Source: Heterodontus francisci
Taxonomy: Eukaryota
Length of the DNA stretch: 64,000 nt
Assembly: GCF_036365525.1 (NCBI RefSeq)
Contig: NC_090387.1
Location: 76,321,300 to 76,385,299, forward strand
Reading direction: 5' to 3'
This document shows, one piece after another, positions 38,480 through 52,336 of the stretch. Every line of letters begins with the position of its first letter. Within the stretch, counting starts at the first letter, position 1. A program made the translations under genes and the position numbers. The notes beneath the pieces are model-generated. The model was not told where the DNA came from and did no database searches. It saw only the letters and a program-made list of their open reading frames with translations.

Positions 38480-38728
38480 AAATTTATTTTATTTGTTTAG
38501 AGATACAGCACTGAAACAGGCCCTTCGGCCCACCGAGTCTGTGCCGACCAACAACCACCCATTTCTCCTAACCCTGCAGTAATCCCATATTCCCTACCAC
38601 CACTAGGGGCAATTTACAACGACCAATTTATTTATCAACCTGCAAGTCTTTGGCTGTGGGAGGAAACCGGAGCACCCGGCGAAAACCCACGCACTCACAG
38701 GGAGAACTTGCAAACTCCGCACAGGCAC
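38480..38728 (-). mobile_element. HE1-type SINE, 5'-truncated
   Basis: Reverse complement of the HE1 body and tail. Confidence 0.87.
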
Positions 38729-40124
38729 TAAATGTTTAAATGTTTAAATTTAAATTTAAACATTTAAATCTTAAATGTCTTCTTTTAAAACACTTCCACT
38801 GTTTTCCTAGAACATGAAAATCCTCCAAATTTCTTCGCAACGTTGCGAACCCATAGTGATCAGAGTTCTTTGTGAGGAGATATAAATGACAGAACTTTGG
38901 ACCAGCTATTGCCCCGAAATAATATCCCATTACTTTCAATGTATAAATTGTGGATAAATTTCCACCTTCAAATAACATTCATTTTCATCTACTCTCGGTG
39001 AACGCGACGTTATTTGCTGATTTACAACGAAGATTTGATGTGTAAAGCGGCATGTGTAAAGATGCACTGTGGTAATAAACGTATTTCTCACCTTTGACAG
39101 TACCTCCGCTTAAAATAATCCCCAACTATGACTATCAGCACCATTATTATCACTATACCGAGACACCATTATTATCACTAACTGCCGAGACACCAAAAAG
39201 AGGGCAGCGACGTTAGCAGCACCTACAAACAAAGAGTAACGGCGATATAAGACCGACGGGCATTAATGTCAATTAAACCAGCAAGAAAACCCAGGGATAC
39301 ACGGGATCAGAACTAATCGTGTAAAGGCCATTTAATAAAAGTACAAATATAAATATTCAAATAAAATGCCAACAAGTGAAACAATTCACAATCTGACCAA
39401 AATTTCGTCTATGTAATAAACGAATTCAGTAACATCAAATGCTAACATGTGTTCACAAACGTGTGCTTGTATTAAGAAAAACGATGAAGGAGCGAACGTT
39501 GCTGAAAAATCAATTGACGATAGCTTCAAAGTTGTAACTAACACTGGCTGGAGTCTGAAGAAAGGCATGAGACAACTGGCAGCTGTATGTAGCTCCACTG
39601 TGGGATGGCGCCGTACCATTAAAGTGCTGGAAATTTCATACAGTCCCACTCTGGCTTGCTGTTTAGTCGTTTTGATTCCGGTTACAATATTTGCATTATT
39701 CTGATACCAAGCCACATTGAGGTCTTCAGGGTAAAACTTAGCTGTTTTACACAGGAGAATCGGAGAAGTGGATGGACGGAATTCAGTTTCAACTAAGTCG
39801 ATCTTCAGAGGAGTGGGCGGAACTTGAGAGGAAAAGAAAATTATTTTATGTTTGAAACATTAATTTTTTATTTCTGTCGTCTATTATGTAGAACGCGAGT
39901 TAGGGACGGGACCCTTTAACATCATGTTTCATTGGAAATATTTCCAAATATTATGAAACAGGAAGCTAGAAATTACATGGAATCCGAATCATAGAGCAAT
40001 CGATCGTAGAAGGAGGCCATTGGTTTATCTTGCCTTTGTTGACACTTTGAAAGAGTTATGCAATTGGTCCCACCTCCTGCTCTTTCGCTATAGCCCTGCA
40101 AAATTTTCCTTTTCAAGTACATAT

Positions 40125-41620
40125 CCAGATTCGGGCAAGGTTCCATTGGATTGGAAAATAGCAAACGTAACTCCTTTATTCAAAAAGGGAGGGAGACAGA
40201 AAGCAGGAAACCACAGGCCAGTTAGCTCAACATCTGTCTTCGGGAAAATGTTAGAAGCTATTATTCAAGACGTTAGAGCAGGGCACATAGAAAAATTCAA
40301 GGTAATCAGAGTCAAGATGCTTTTGTAAAAGGGAAGTTATGTTTAACCAATTTATTCGAGTTCTTTGAAGAAGTAACATGTGCTGTGGATAAAGGGGAAC
40401 TGGTGGATGTACTGTACTTAGATTTCCAGAAGGCATTTGATAAGGTGCCACATCAAAGTTTATTGCAGAAAATAAAAGCTGATGGTGTAGCGAGTAACAT
40501 ATTGGCATGGATACAAGTTTGGCTAGCTCACAGGAAACAAAGAGCAGGCATTAATGGGTCATTTTCTGATTGGCAGGATGTAACGAGTGGTGTGCCATAG
40601 GGATCATCCAAGTCACTTATATAAATTGCAAAATGTTGAGGCCTCAACTTTTTGCAATTTATATAAATGACTTGGATGAAGGGACAAAAGGTATGGTTGC
40701 TAAATTTGCTGGTGACACTAAGATAGATAGGAAGGTAAGTAGTGAAGAGACATAAGGAGGAGGATGTAGACAGCTTATATGAGTGGGAAAAGATCTGGCA
40801 AGAGGACTATAATGCGGGAAAATGTGAAATTGTCCATTTTAGCAGGAAGAATTAAAAAGAAGCATAATATCTAAATGGTGAGAGATTGCAGAACACTGAG
40901 ATGCAGAGAGATCTGCGTGCGCTAGTGTATGAAACACAAAAGGTTAGTATGAAAGTTCAGCAAGTAGTTAGGAAAGCCAATGGAATGTTATTGTATATTG
41001 CGAGGGAATTGAATACAAAAGTAGGGAGGTTATGCTTCAGTTATACAGGGCATTGGTGAAACCACATCTGGAGTACTGTGTACAGTATTGGTCTCCTTAT
41101 TTAAGGAAGGATGTAAATGTGTTGGAAGCAGTTCAGAGAAGGTTTACTGGACTAGTACCTGGATTGGGCGGGTTGTCTTATGAGGAAAGGTTGGACAGGC
41201 TACGCTTGTCTGCATTGGAGTTGAGGAGAGTAACAGGCAATTTGATTGAAACACATAAGATCCTGACGGGTCTTGACAGGATGGATGTGGAAAGAATGTT
41301 TCCCCTTGTGGAAGTATCTGGAAGCATGGTCACTGTTTAAAAATAAGGGCTAACCCATTTAAGACAGAGATGAGGAGAATTTTTTTTCTCTGAGGGTCAT
41401 GAACTCTCTTCCTCAAAAGGAAGTGGAAGCGGAGTCTTTAAATATTTTTAAGGCAGAGGTAGATAATTTCTTTATAAGCATGGATTTGAAAGGTTATCGG
41501 GGGTGTGGAGTCAAGGTTACAATCAGATCAGCCATGATCTTTATAAATGGCGGAGCAGGTTCGAGGGGCCGAGTGGCCTACTCCTGTTCCTAATTCGTAT
41601 GCTCGTATGTATGTTCTATA
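40125..41620 (+). mobile_element. 5'-truncated CR1 LINE nested in an older minus-strand CR1 3' end, gene 2 intron
   Basis: RT fragments (DFQKAFDKVPH, KFAGD); TTCGTATG-type tail. Confidence 0.9.
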
Positions 41621-41687
41621 TCCAGTTCCCTCTTGCAAATTACTATTGAATCTGCTTGCTTCCAGATCGTGAATTCCAGATCAGAGC

Positions 41688-41724
41688 AGTTCTGATGAAA
41701 GGTCACAGACCTGAAACGTTAACT
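41688..41724 (+). ncRNA. Minimal type-I hammerhead ribozyme motif in a Penelope-like repeat (repeat extends to about 41826)
   Basis: AGTT-CTGATGA-A-AGGTC-ACA-GACCT-GAAA-C-GTT-AACT: catalytic core, stem II, palindromic stem III and stem I AGTT/AACT. Confidence 0.65.
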
Positions 41725-43620
41725 CTGTTTCTCTGTCCACAGATGCTGCCAGACCTGCTGAATATTTCCAGCACTTTATGTTTTTATTTCAGATTTCCAG
41801 CATCTGCAGTATTTTGCTTTTATTAGATCACAGCAGCCTGCCGTGTAAAACAATTTCTCCTCCCCTCCCTTCTTGTTCTTTTGCCAATTATCTTAAATCT
41901 GGGTCCTCTGGTTACCAACGCAAAGTGGTCTGGTTATAGAGTCATGTGACTTTACAACGCGGGAATCCATTTGGCTCAGTGTGCTGGTGTCGGCTCTGAA
42001 AGAGCAATCCTGTTAGTCTCACTGACATATTTATACTCCCTTCAGCCCTTTAGGTATTCCCGTCAGATCAGTTAAACTGCTTATTTCTGTTCTAATATAT
42101 TCTGTCCGTTTCCAAACATCATCTCCCGATGATCCGCTGTAACGTTAGAGGAAGAGCTGCGGGAACCAAAGAAAAACAAAGTTCCCTAGGGTTTTGGAGA
42201 ATCCCCCATGTAATGTTGAGAGGAACATGTGGCCGCTTTGCGCAGGAGCACGGTAAATATATTTACAAGGAGTTCTTGTGGTTTTGTTTCCAGTGAAATC
42301 ATAAAGTTGTTCCAAAACACTTACCATCTCGAGAATAAAGTTTCGTGCTCATTTTAATACTAAGTTGTAGTGACCACAGTAGAAATTCCCTGTTTGCTAT
42401 TTCTAGCAAAATTGTAGGAGTTTTGCGAAGAAATATTTGGCCAGAGAAGAGGAAATATCCATCCAGAAACCATCCCATAATTAGCAAATATTGGGGAAGG
42501 TTTTGACTTTGTTCCACAATGGAAACTGGTCGAGAGTCAGTCGGCAGTCCCTCTTACATATCCCCTATTTTTATTCCCACTGAATTTGGAACCACTAACT
42601 TGCTATCAATTGTTCTACATTATCTACACATTGCCTCTGAAGGGGGAAGGTTTCCTCCCTTGCACTATGTAAGGAAATTGTAAATCTTTAAAAAATAACT
42701 GATTACATTGTACAAAATACATGCAGAAAAGCCTGCCGTAAATTGACAATCTCAGCTCTCGAGTGGCTTGATGCTGACACTGGATACACTGGGCCGGTGT
42801 TCCATTCCCGCACGCTTTTCTACCTCTTTGATATTTTCCTAAATACCTGTTGCACAACTGACACTTGTAACATCAGCACCAGCGACTTACTGGCCACAAG
42901 GAGCTCTGAACCGGTTCCATTTCCAAACATTCCTCCCGGACAGTACACGGAGCAGTAATAACGGCCTGAATCTTTGAAGCTGACATTCAAGAGATGGATG
43001 GCGGCTCCTTTTTTCAGAATGTTTTTACTGTCTCTTGCTCGCTTCTCCGTCGTCCAAGAACTCGTCATCACCATGTCGCCACCATTGAACCTTTACATCT
43101 GATTCCTCTTGAAAGACGGGGAACGTGCAGTGGAAGATGATGTTTACTCCTTTGAGTGCAACTTTGAGTGGAGGGATGTGGCCGACTGTGGATTCCCCAA
43201 CAACTATCAGAAAGCCAATGGAAACATAAAAATAAGCATCTCATTATACAAATAAATAAAGATAGAAACAAGGTTAAAAAGAATCGTGAAATATAACAAC
43301 GATAAACCGTGAATGGCGATAAATTCACCGATCAAATAATATCACGCTCCATATAGTGTTCTTATCTCTATCTTGTAAATACCGGTGTGTGTAATCCCCA
43401 AGATCAATATACCGGGAAGCATTTCGGATAATGGAATTTGACTGAATTCACAACCCTTTGAGCGAAGAAATTTCTCATCCCATTCTTAAATGACTGACAC
43501 CTTCTCCTTAGACAATGACCTCGTGTTCTAAATTCTCCAGTCAGGAGAAACAGCTTCTCATCATCTATCCAGTCACTTCACTCCCTCTAAGAATTTTATT
43601 AGTTTCAATCAGTTCACCTT

Positions 43621-45075
43621 TAGATTGGAAAATAGCGAATGTAACGGCTTTATGCAAAAAGGGAGGGAAACTACAGGCCAGTTAGCTTAACATCTGTCGT
43701 AGGTAAAATTTTAGAAATAATTATCAAAGATGTTATAGCGGGGCATTTAGAAAAATCTATGGTAATCAGGCAGAGTCAAGATGGTTTTGTGAAAGGGAAG
43801 TCATGTTTAACCAAGGTTTTGGAGTTCTTTGAACGTGTTACATGTGCTGTGGGTAAAGCGGAACCAGTGGATGTATTGTACTTAGATTTCCAGATGGCAT
43901 TTGATAAGGTGCCACATCAAAGGTTATTGCAGAAAATAAAAGCTCATTATGTAGGGACTAACATACTGGCATGGATAGAAGATTGGTTAACTAAAAGGAA
44001 ACAGAGAATAGGCATACATGGGTCATTTTCTGATTGGCAAGATGTAACGAGTGGTGTGCCACAGGGATCAGTGCTGGGGCCTCAACTTTTTACAATTTAT
44101 ATAAATGACTTAGATGAAGGGCCCGAAGGTATGGTTGCTAAATTTGCTGATGACACAAAGATAGGTAGGAAAGTAACTTGTGAGGAGGACATAAGGAGGC
44201 TAGAAAGAGATATAGATAGGTTAAGTAAGTGGGCAAAGACCTGGCAAATGGAGTATAATGTGGGAAAATGTGAAGTTGTTCACTCTGGCAGGAAGAATAA
44301 AAACGAAGCATATTATCTAAATGGTTAGAGATTGCAGAGCTCTGAGATTCAGAGGGATCTGGGTGTCCTAGTGCATGAAACACAAAAGGTTAGTATGAAG
44401 GTACAGCACGTAATTATGAAAGCTAATAGAATGTTATCGTCTATCACGAGGGGAATTGAATACAAAAGTAGGGAGGTTATGCTTCAGCTATACAGGACAT
44501 TGGTGAGACCACGTCTGGAGTATTGTGTACAGTACTGGTCTCCTTCTTTAAGGAAGGATGTCAATGCGTTGGCGACAATACAGAGAAGGTTTACTAGACT
44601 AATACCTGGAATGGGTGGCCTGTCTTACGAGGAGAGATTGGACAGGCTAGGCTTGTATCCACTGGAATTTATAAGAGTAAGAGGCGACTTGATTGAAACA
44701 TTGAAGATCCTGAGGGGTCTTAACAAAGTGGAAGTGGAAAAGATGGTTCCCCGTGTGGGAGAATCTCGAACTAGGAATCATTGTTTAAAAATAAGGGTTC
44801 ACCCATTTAAGACAGAGATGAGGAGAATTTTTTTTTCTCTCAGATGGTCGTGAGTCTTTGGAATTCTCTTCCTCAAAAGGCAGTGGAAGCAGAGTCTTTG
44901 AATATTTTTAAGGCAGAGGTAGATAGATTGTTGATTAGCAAGGGGGTGGAAGGTTATCGGGGGTAGGTGGGAATCTGGAGTAATCAGTTCAGCCACAAAC
45001 CTATTGAATGGCGGCGCAGTTTCGAGGGGTCCTGTGGCCTAATCCTGCTTCTAATTCGTATGTTCGTATGTATGT
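43621..45075 (+). mobile_element. 5'-truncated CR1 LINE nested in an older minus-strand CR1 (about 43430-45655)
   Basis: ORFs 43759-44853 with GVPQGSVLGP and FADD; (TTCGTATG)n tail. Confidence 0.92.
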
Positions 45076-46045
45076 TCACCTCTCAGTCTTCTAAACTCCA
45101 GAGAATATCGGCCCAGTCTATTCTATCTCTCCTCATAGAACGGTCCTCTCATCCCAGGAATCAGTCTAGTGAACCTTCATTGTAGGTCCTCTCAGACAAG
45201 TATATTCTTCCTTAGGTAAGATGTCCAAAACTGTACACAGTACTCCAGGTGTGGTCTCACCAAAGCCCAATATAATTGCAGGAAAACATCCTGCACTTAT
45301 ACTCAAATTTCCTTGCAATAAAGGTTAGCATACAATTTGCTTTCCAAATTGCTTGTAATAGCTGCATCTTAACTTCGTGTGATTCATGTACAAAGACATC
45401 GAAATCCCTTTGAATATTAACATTTACTAGTTTCTCACCTTTTAAAAAATATTCTGCTTTTCTATTCTTCTACCAAAGTCGATACTTTAGGATACTCCAT
45501 CTGCCGTGTTCTTGCCCAATCACTTAACTGGTATTTATCCTTTTGCAGCCTCTTTTCATCGTCCTCACAGCTTACTGTCCCACCTAGCTTTTTGTCATAA
45601 CGTACATTAGATATATTAAACTCAGTCCCCTCATCTAAGTAACTAATATAGATTGTGGGATATCATTTCCCCATGTGATGATAAGATGCTTGTGGGAAAA
45701 TTCTCTGACTGCTATTTCAACTCTTGGTGTTAACCTTCTATTTTAATACAGTGTAGTGCAATTTCACCCATTAAGTGTTGAGCAGAATTATTTTTCTGAG
45801 AACAATTCTGTTATTCCCGCTATCCATAAAAAGGTACTTGACATCTGATGAGATGTTTGGTACAAACCAGACTGCGATGACTGATTAGTATAACAGCGGC
45901 TTATGCTGACTTAACTTTGGCATTATTTGAAGTGTATTTTTATCCAGTAGTATGGAGCATGTTAGTTCAAGTATCCCCTTGCATAATCAATGGATAATAT
46001 AGCTGAACACTCTTGAAATAGCCTCTGTGGGGAACCTTTTACTGA

Positions 46046-48775
<2,730 letters not shown>

Positions 48776-51700
48776 TAATTCGGTAACACATGCACATGCT
48801 ACTGCTTCACTGAGACCTTCAGACTGTTTAAAGCTTAATGGTTTGGTCGAGGATTTATCAGTGATTTTATTTTTATATGGCTTTGGAAGGTCTAAAATAG
48901 CTTCGTATCGAAATGAACTTAACAGGCCTGTGGATTTTGAATGTGCCAGTTATGAATCTGATCTGTACTGAATTGTATTGATCCTAATGTTCACCTATCT
49001 TGCCCATTAAAAGTAAGACTTGCAGAGGGTGAAGTGAAGGCTTACCTGGAAAATTGAGCAACATGTTGCAGTTTATGTTTCTTTAACATGTTTTGCTTGT
49101 TCACAGCTTAACAGTATTCTTGGGCAAACTGAAAACATTCTTTATTCTTTGCCCTACTTGGATTAGTAGTAGGAGTAGGACATTTAGCAGCTTAAGCCAG
49201 TTATGTTGTTGTGATATAATGACTGATCTACAACTTAACTCCAGATATCTGCCATTGCTCTGTATCCAATAATGCCTTTGGTTAACAAAAGTCTTATCAG
49301 TCTCAGATTCTAAATGTAGCAATTGATCTAGCATCAATTGCTGTTAGCAGAAGAGAGTTCCAAACACCTTTTTTTGTGTGCAAGTGTTGGCTAACTTCAC
49401 TCCTGAAAGATCTCGCTTTAATTTTTAGACTATGCCCCCCTTGTCCCAGACTCTGCAACCGGTGGACTTAATTTTTCTCTTAGCTCTTTGTTACATTCAT
49501 CTCGCAAACATTGATCAAATTATGCCTTACTGGTCTAAATTCCATGAATACAAACCTATTTTGTGTAATTTAACACGCAGACTCCAGGTATTTTGGGAAA
49601 TCTATGCTGCAGTCCCTCCAAGTCCATTTTATCCTTCCTAGGGGGAGCTGCTGAGCACTGCTCACAATACTCCACGTATGGTCGATCCAGATCTTTATAT
49701 AGTTGTAGCATAACCTCTGCCCTCTTGTTTTTCTAGTTGTCTAGATATAAAGACCACTATCCCATTAGCATTTTTGAATATTTTCTGTAGCTGTCCATGA
49801 GGTATTAATCTATACATTGTCTAGACAGTCAGAATTAAATATAATTCCAGTAACTTACTTACTTGGAAAATATGTAGGGTGCTTTTATCAATGCCCTGAA
49901 GACAGAATATATCCTGCCAGATAACTTTTAAACATTGCTGTTCTGGGTTTATTTGCAAGTCAGTTTTACCTGAAACAAGGTACATGGGCAACGTAAATAA
50001 AAAGGATGAATATGCCCTTTTCAAAAAGCTGTCAGTACAGCAGCTTGTGACTGTTGCTTTGGGTGAATGGATGGAGCCTTCTTTTCTTGGTACACAGTCT
50101 GTAGCCTTTATAAATATGATGGCATGCTTGGAATGAGAACATTGTAGTGTTGCACTTCATTGTGCCAGTAACATGTGCTAGAACGTTACCTGTGGCAGAT
50201 GCTGGGTACAGGTTTTAGAAGTGCTGTCACTTGGATTGCTGTGGGCATGTATAATTCCTACTGTGTCTGTGTTGTATGCAATTATAGAGTATTGCATTTG
50301 TCTTCCAAAGCTTGTCGGTGCCTGTAGAGAGCTGTATAAACAGTCAAGTGGCAAGATGTGAATGGGTCTTTCACTGCTGAATGATGAGAAAATGAGTTGT
50401 ATTGCCGAAGTCGTGCAAAGCATTTGGCTTAACTAGGGTGTCCCTGGCATTCCATGATGCTATCACTGGTCTCTCACGGTAAATTTGGCAACCTGTTAGA
50501 TATGATAAGTGGCTCTTTACACTCTGTGGTACCAAGATGCTTGTTAGCCTTGTGCTTCCATTACATTGCACCAACCTATAGACCATTGGTATGAATACTC
50601 TACCAGCTGACAAGTTTATGTAAATGTTGGTCAGACTTTATATCCCATTCATACCGTAAAGTTGATCATTTTCTTCCAAATGCGTTCTTGAGCAGAAGTA
50701 TAAATATTTGTTGAAAAACCTCTGATTAAACCCCTCTACTCTTCATGGGTGCATTAAAACTTGGGCATAGATCTTGTGACTTTTCTCTTCTGAGCATTTG
50801 TGTTCCTGAAAGTCCCTTTCTAGACATCGTCGTGCTAACCTCGAAATAAACTGATTTACAATGGTGGAACCATGGGTCTTCCTTCGAATTGTGTCCTGTT
50901 CTGTTAGAATCCTTTATCTATCTTCAGCTTATGCTTAAAATTTTCTGGGTTTAGCCAGCTGGTACATTTTGCAACAGCACAATGGAAACTACACAGTATT
51001 AGACAACAGCCAGAGTCCTTGTTAGCTGTGCTGTCACTATGACCGTGGATCTTCAGGGGTCGACTTCAATTGAGCTGTGTTTTTCTTGGAGTGAACAAAA
51101 TAAGCTGCTTCTATGTTTCAATAGTTTTATCTGTACTGTACTCTCAACTCAGTACCTTGTGTAGTAAAGGTTTGAAAAAACGAGCCCCTATTGATTTTTA
51201 ATACTCTATTGCTTTTAATTTTATTTAAAATGGTATATTTTAGTCATATTCCGCTCTTAAGGATAGAACTCATTTTGGACCTGTGCGTGTTGAGCTTCTC
51301 TGACCCTCCATTGAAACTGGGCTACTTCAAAATAGGATCATAGAATAGTTTGAACAGTTCGGTGCATTTTGTGGGATTATGGGTTTATTGGCTTTCCCCT
51401 TCCTTCTCTCTCTTGTAACTGAAAAGACCGCAATGCAGATAGTATGTACAGCGAATGATGTTATAATTTGTTAAACAATAGTAAATATTAATTTTTTTAA
51501 TAGTTGGATGATTGGCACATTCTTACACTTCAAGGGACTCCTTATGATTTGACCATGCAAGCTTAATTTTAAGAACCACCACAAGCTGCCAGGGTAATTT
51601 TTGAATGACCATTGGTTGACCACGAGGCAACAACATCGCAGATGTTCGAAATCCAGAACATATGGACCGGAGTCGAATTTCAAACTGCCACCCGCGCAAA

Positions 51701-51831
51701 TCATGGCTTTGTAAACCCTGCTCTCGGCTGGTTCTATAATGGGTCGACGACCAAATCCACCAGTTCATCGTCTCAACATTGAAGGTGAAAATCAACACTT
51801 CACCAACCCCTCCCAACATACACATACGAGA

Positions 51832-52054
51832 TAAAAGCAAAATACTGCGGATGCTGGAAATCTGAAACAAAAACAAGAAATGCTGGAATCACTCAGCAGG
51901 TCTGGCAGCATCTGTGGAAAGAGAAGCAGAGTTAACGTTTCGGGTCAGCGACCCTTGTTCCGAAGAAGGGTCGCTGACCCGAAACGTTAACTCTGCTTCT
52001 CTTTCCACGGATGCTGCCTGACCTGCTGAGTGATTCCAGCATTTCTTGTTTTTG
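51832..52054 (+). mobile_element. Palindromic Penelope-derived non-autonomous element; 14-bp TSD ATACACATACGAGA
   Basis: TSD at 51818-51831 and 52055-52068; central hammerhead-like motif with a CCGAAGA core. Confidence 0.8.
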
Positions 52055-52189
52055 ATACACATACGAGACGCGTGTGATGCTCCAGAACGTTACTCCTTAG
52101 TTTAGTTGCAATAAATGAGAACATTCAATGGTGCATAATCAAATACAGTGGACCGACATCCAGAAATAGTCCAGTTCTTCGGACTGTGT

Positions 52190-52336
52190 TTAGTTTCTGA
52201 GCTTTCTCTCTTTCTTTATCACGTTTACTTCAGCATACACTGCGCTCTTGTCTTGTTTAGGTTTTGATGTTTTCTTGGAATCAGCAAGCTGCAGAGCGGC
52301 GTAAGTCAGCTGGTTATCACCGCCTCTTTGTTTAGT
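52190..52336 (-). CDS. Gene 1 exon 7: terminal exon with ITIM LTYAAL and AVYAEV
   Basis: TACTTTTACAG| acceptor; TKQRGGDNQLTYAALQLADSKKTSKPKQDKSAVYAEVNVIKKERKLRN followed by stop. Confidence 0.87.
   Translation of the reverse strand, partial: TKQRGGDNQLTYAALQLADSKKTSKPKQDKSAVYAEVNVIKKERKLRN

Larger units (their letters stand above)
36669..43422 (-). pseudogene. Gene 2: paralogous V(J)-C1-TM receptor pseudogene with TM arginine. Exons about 43383-43422 (leader), 42891-43203 (V), 39510-39822 (C1), 39092-39222 (TM); candidate tail exons 36961-37039 and 36669-36762
   Basis: Leader MLPGILILGITHT. V exon is 313 nt (+1 frameshift, TAA at 43025-43027): FHCTFP..VQWWR / DSGRYYCSVYCPGGMFGNGTGSELLV. C1 IPPTPLKI..CKTAKFYPEDLNVAW..GLYEISSTL, frameshift near 39620, then YSCQLSH..PASVSY with no good donor. 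TM exon frameshifted by a 25-nt tandem duplication. Confidence 0.85.

Noticed and set aside
45670-45910. C/D box snoRNA candidates (GTGATGA..CTGA, CTGATGA..CTGA)
   Set aside because: Box spacing is mostly too short, with no terminal stem or recognisable rRNA guide.
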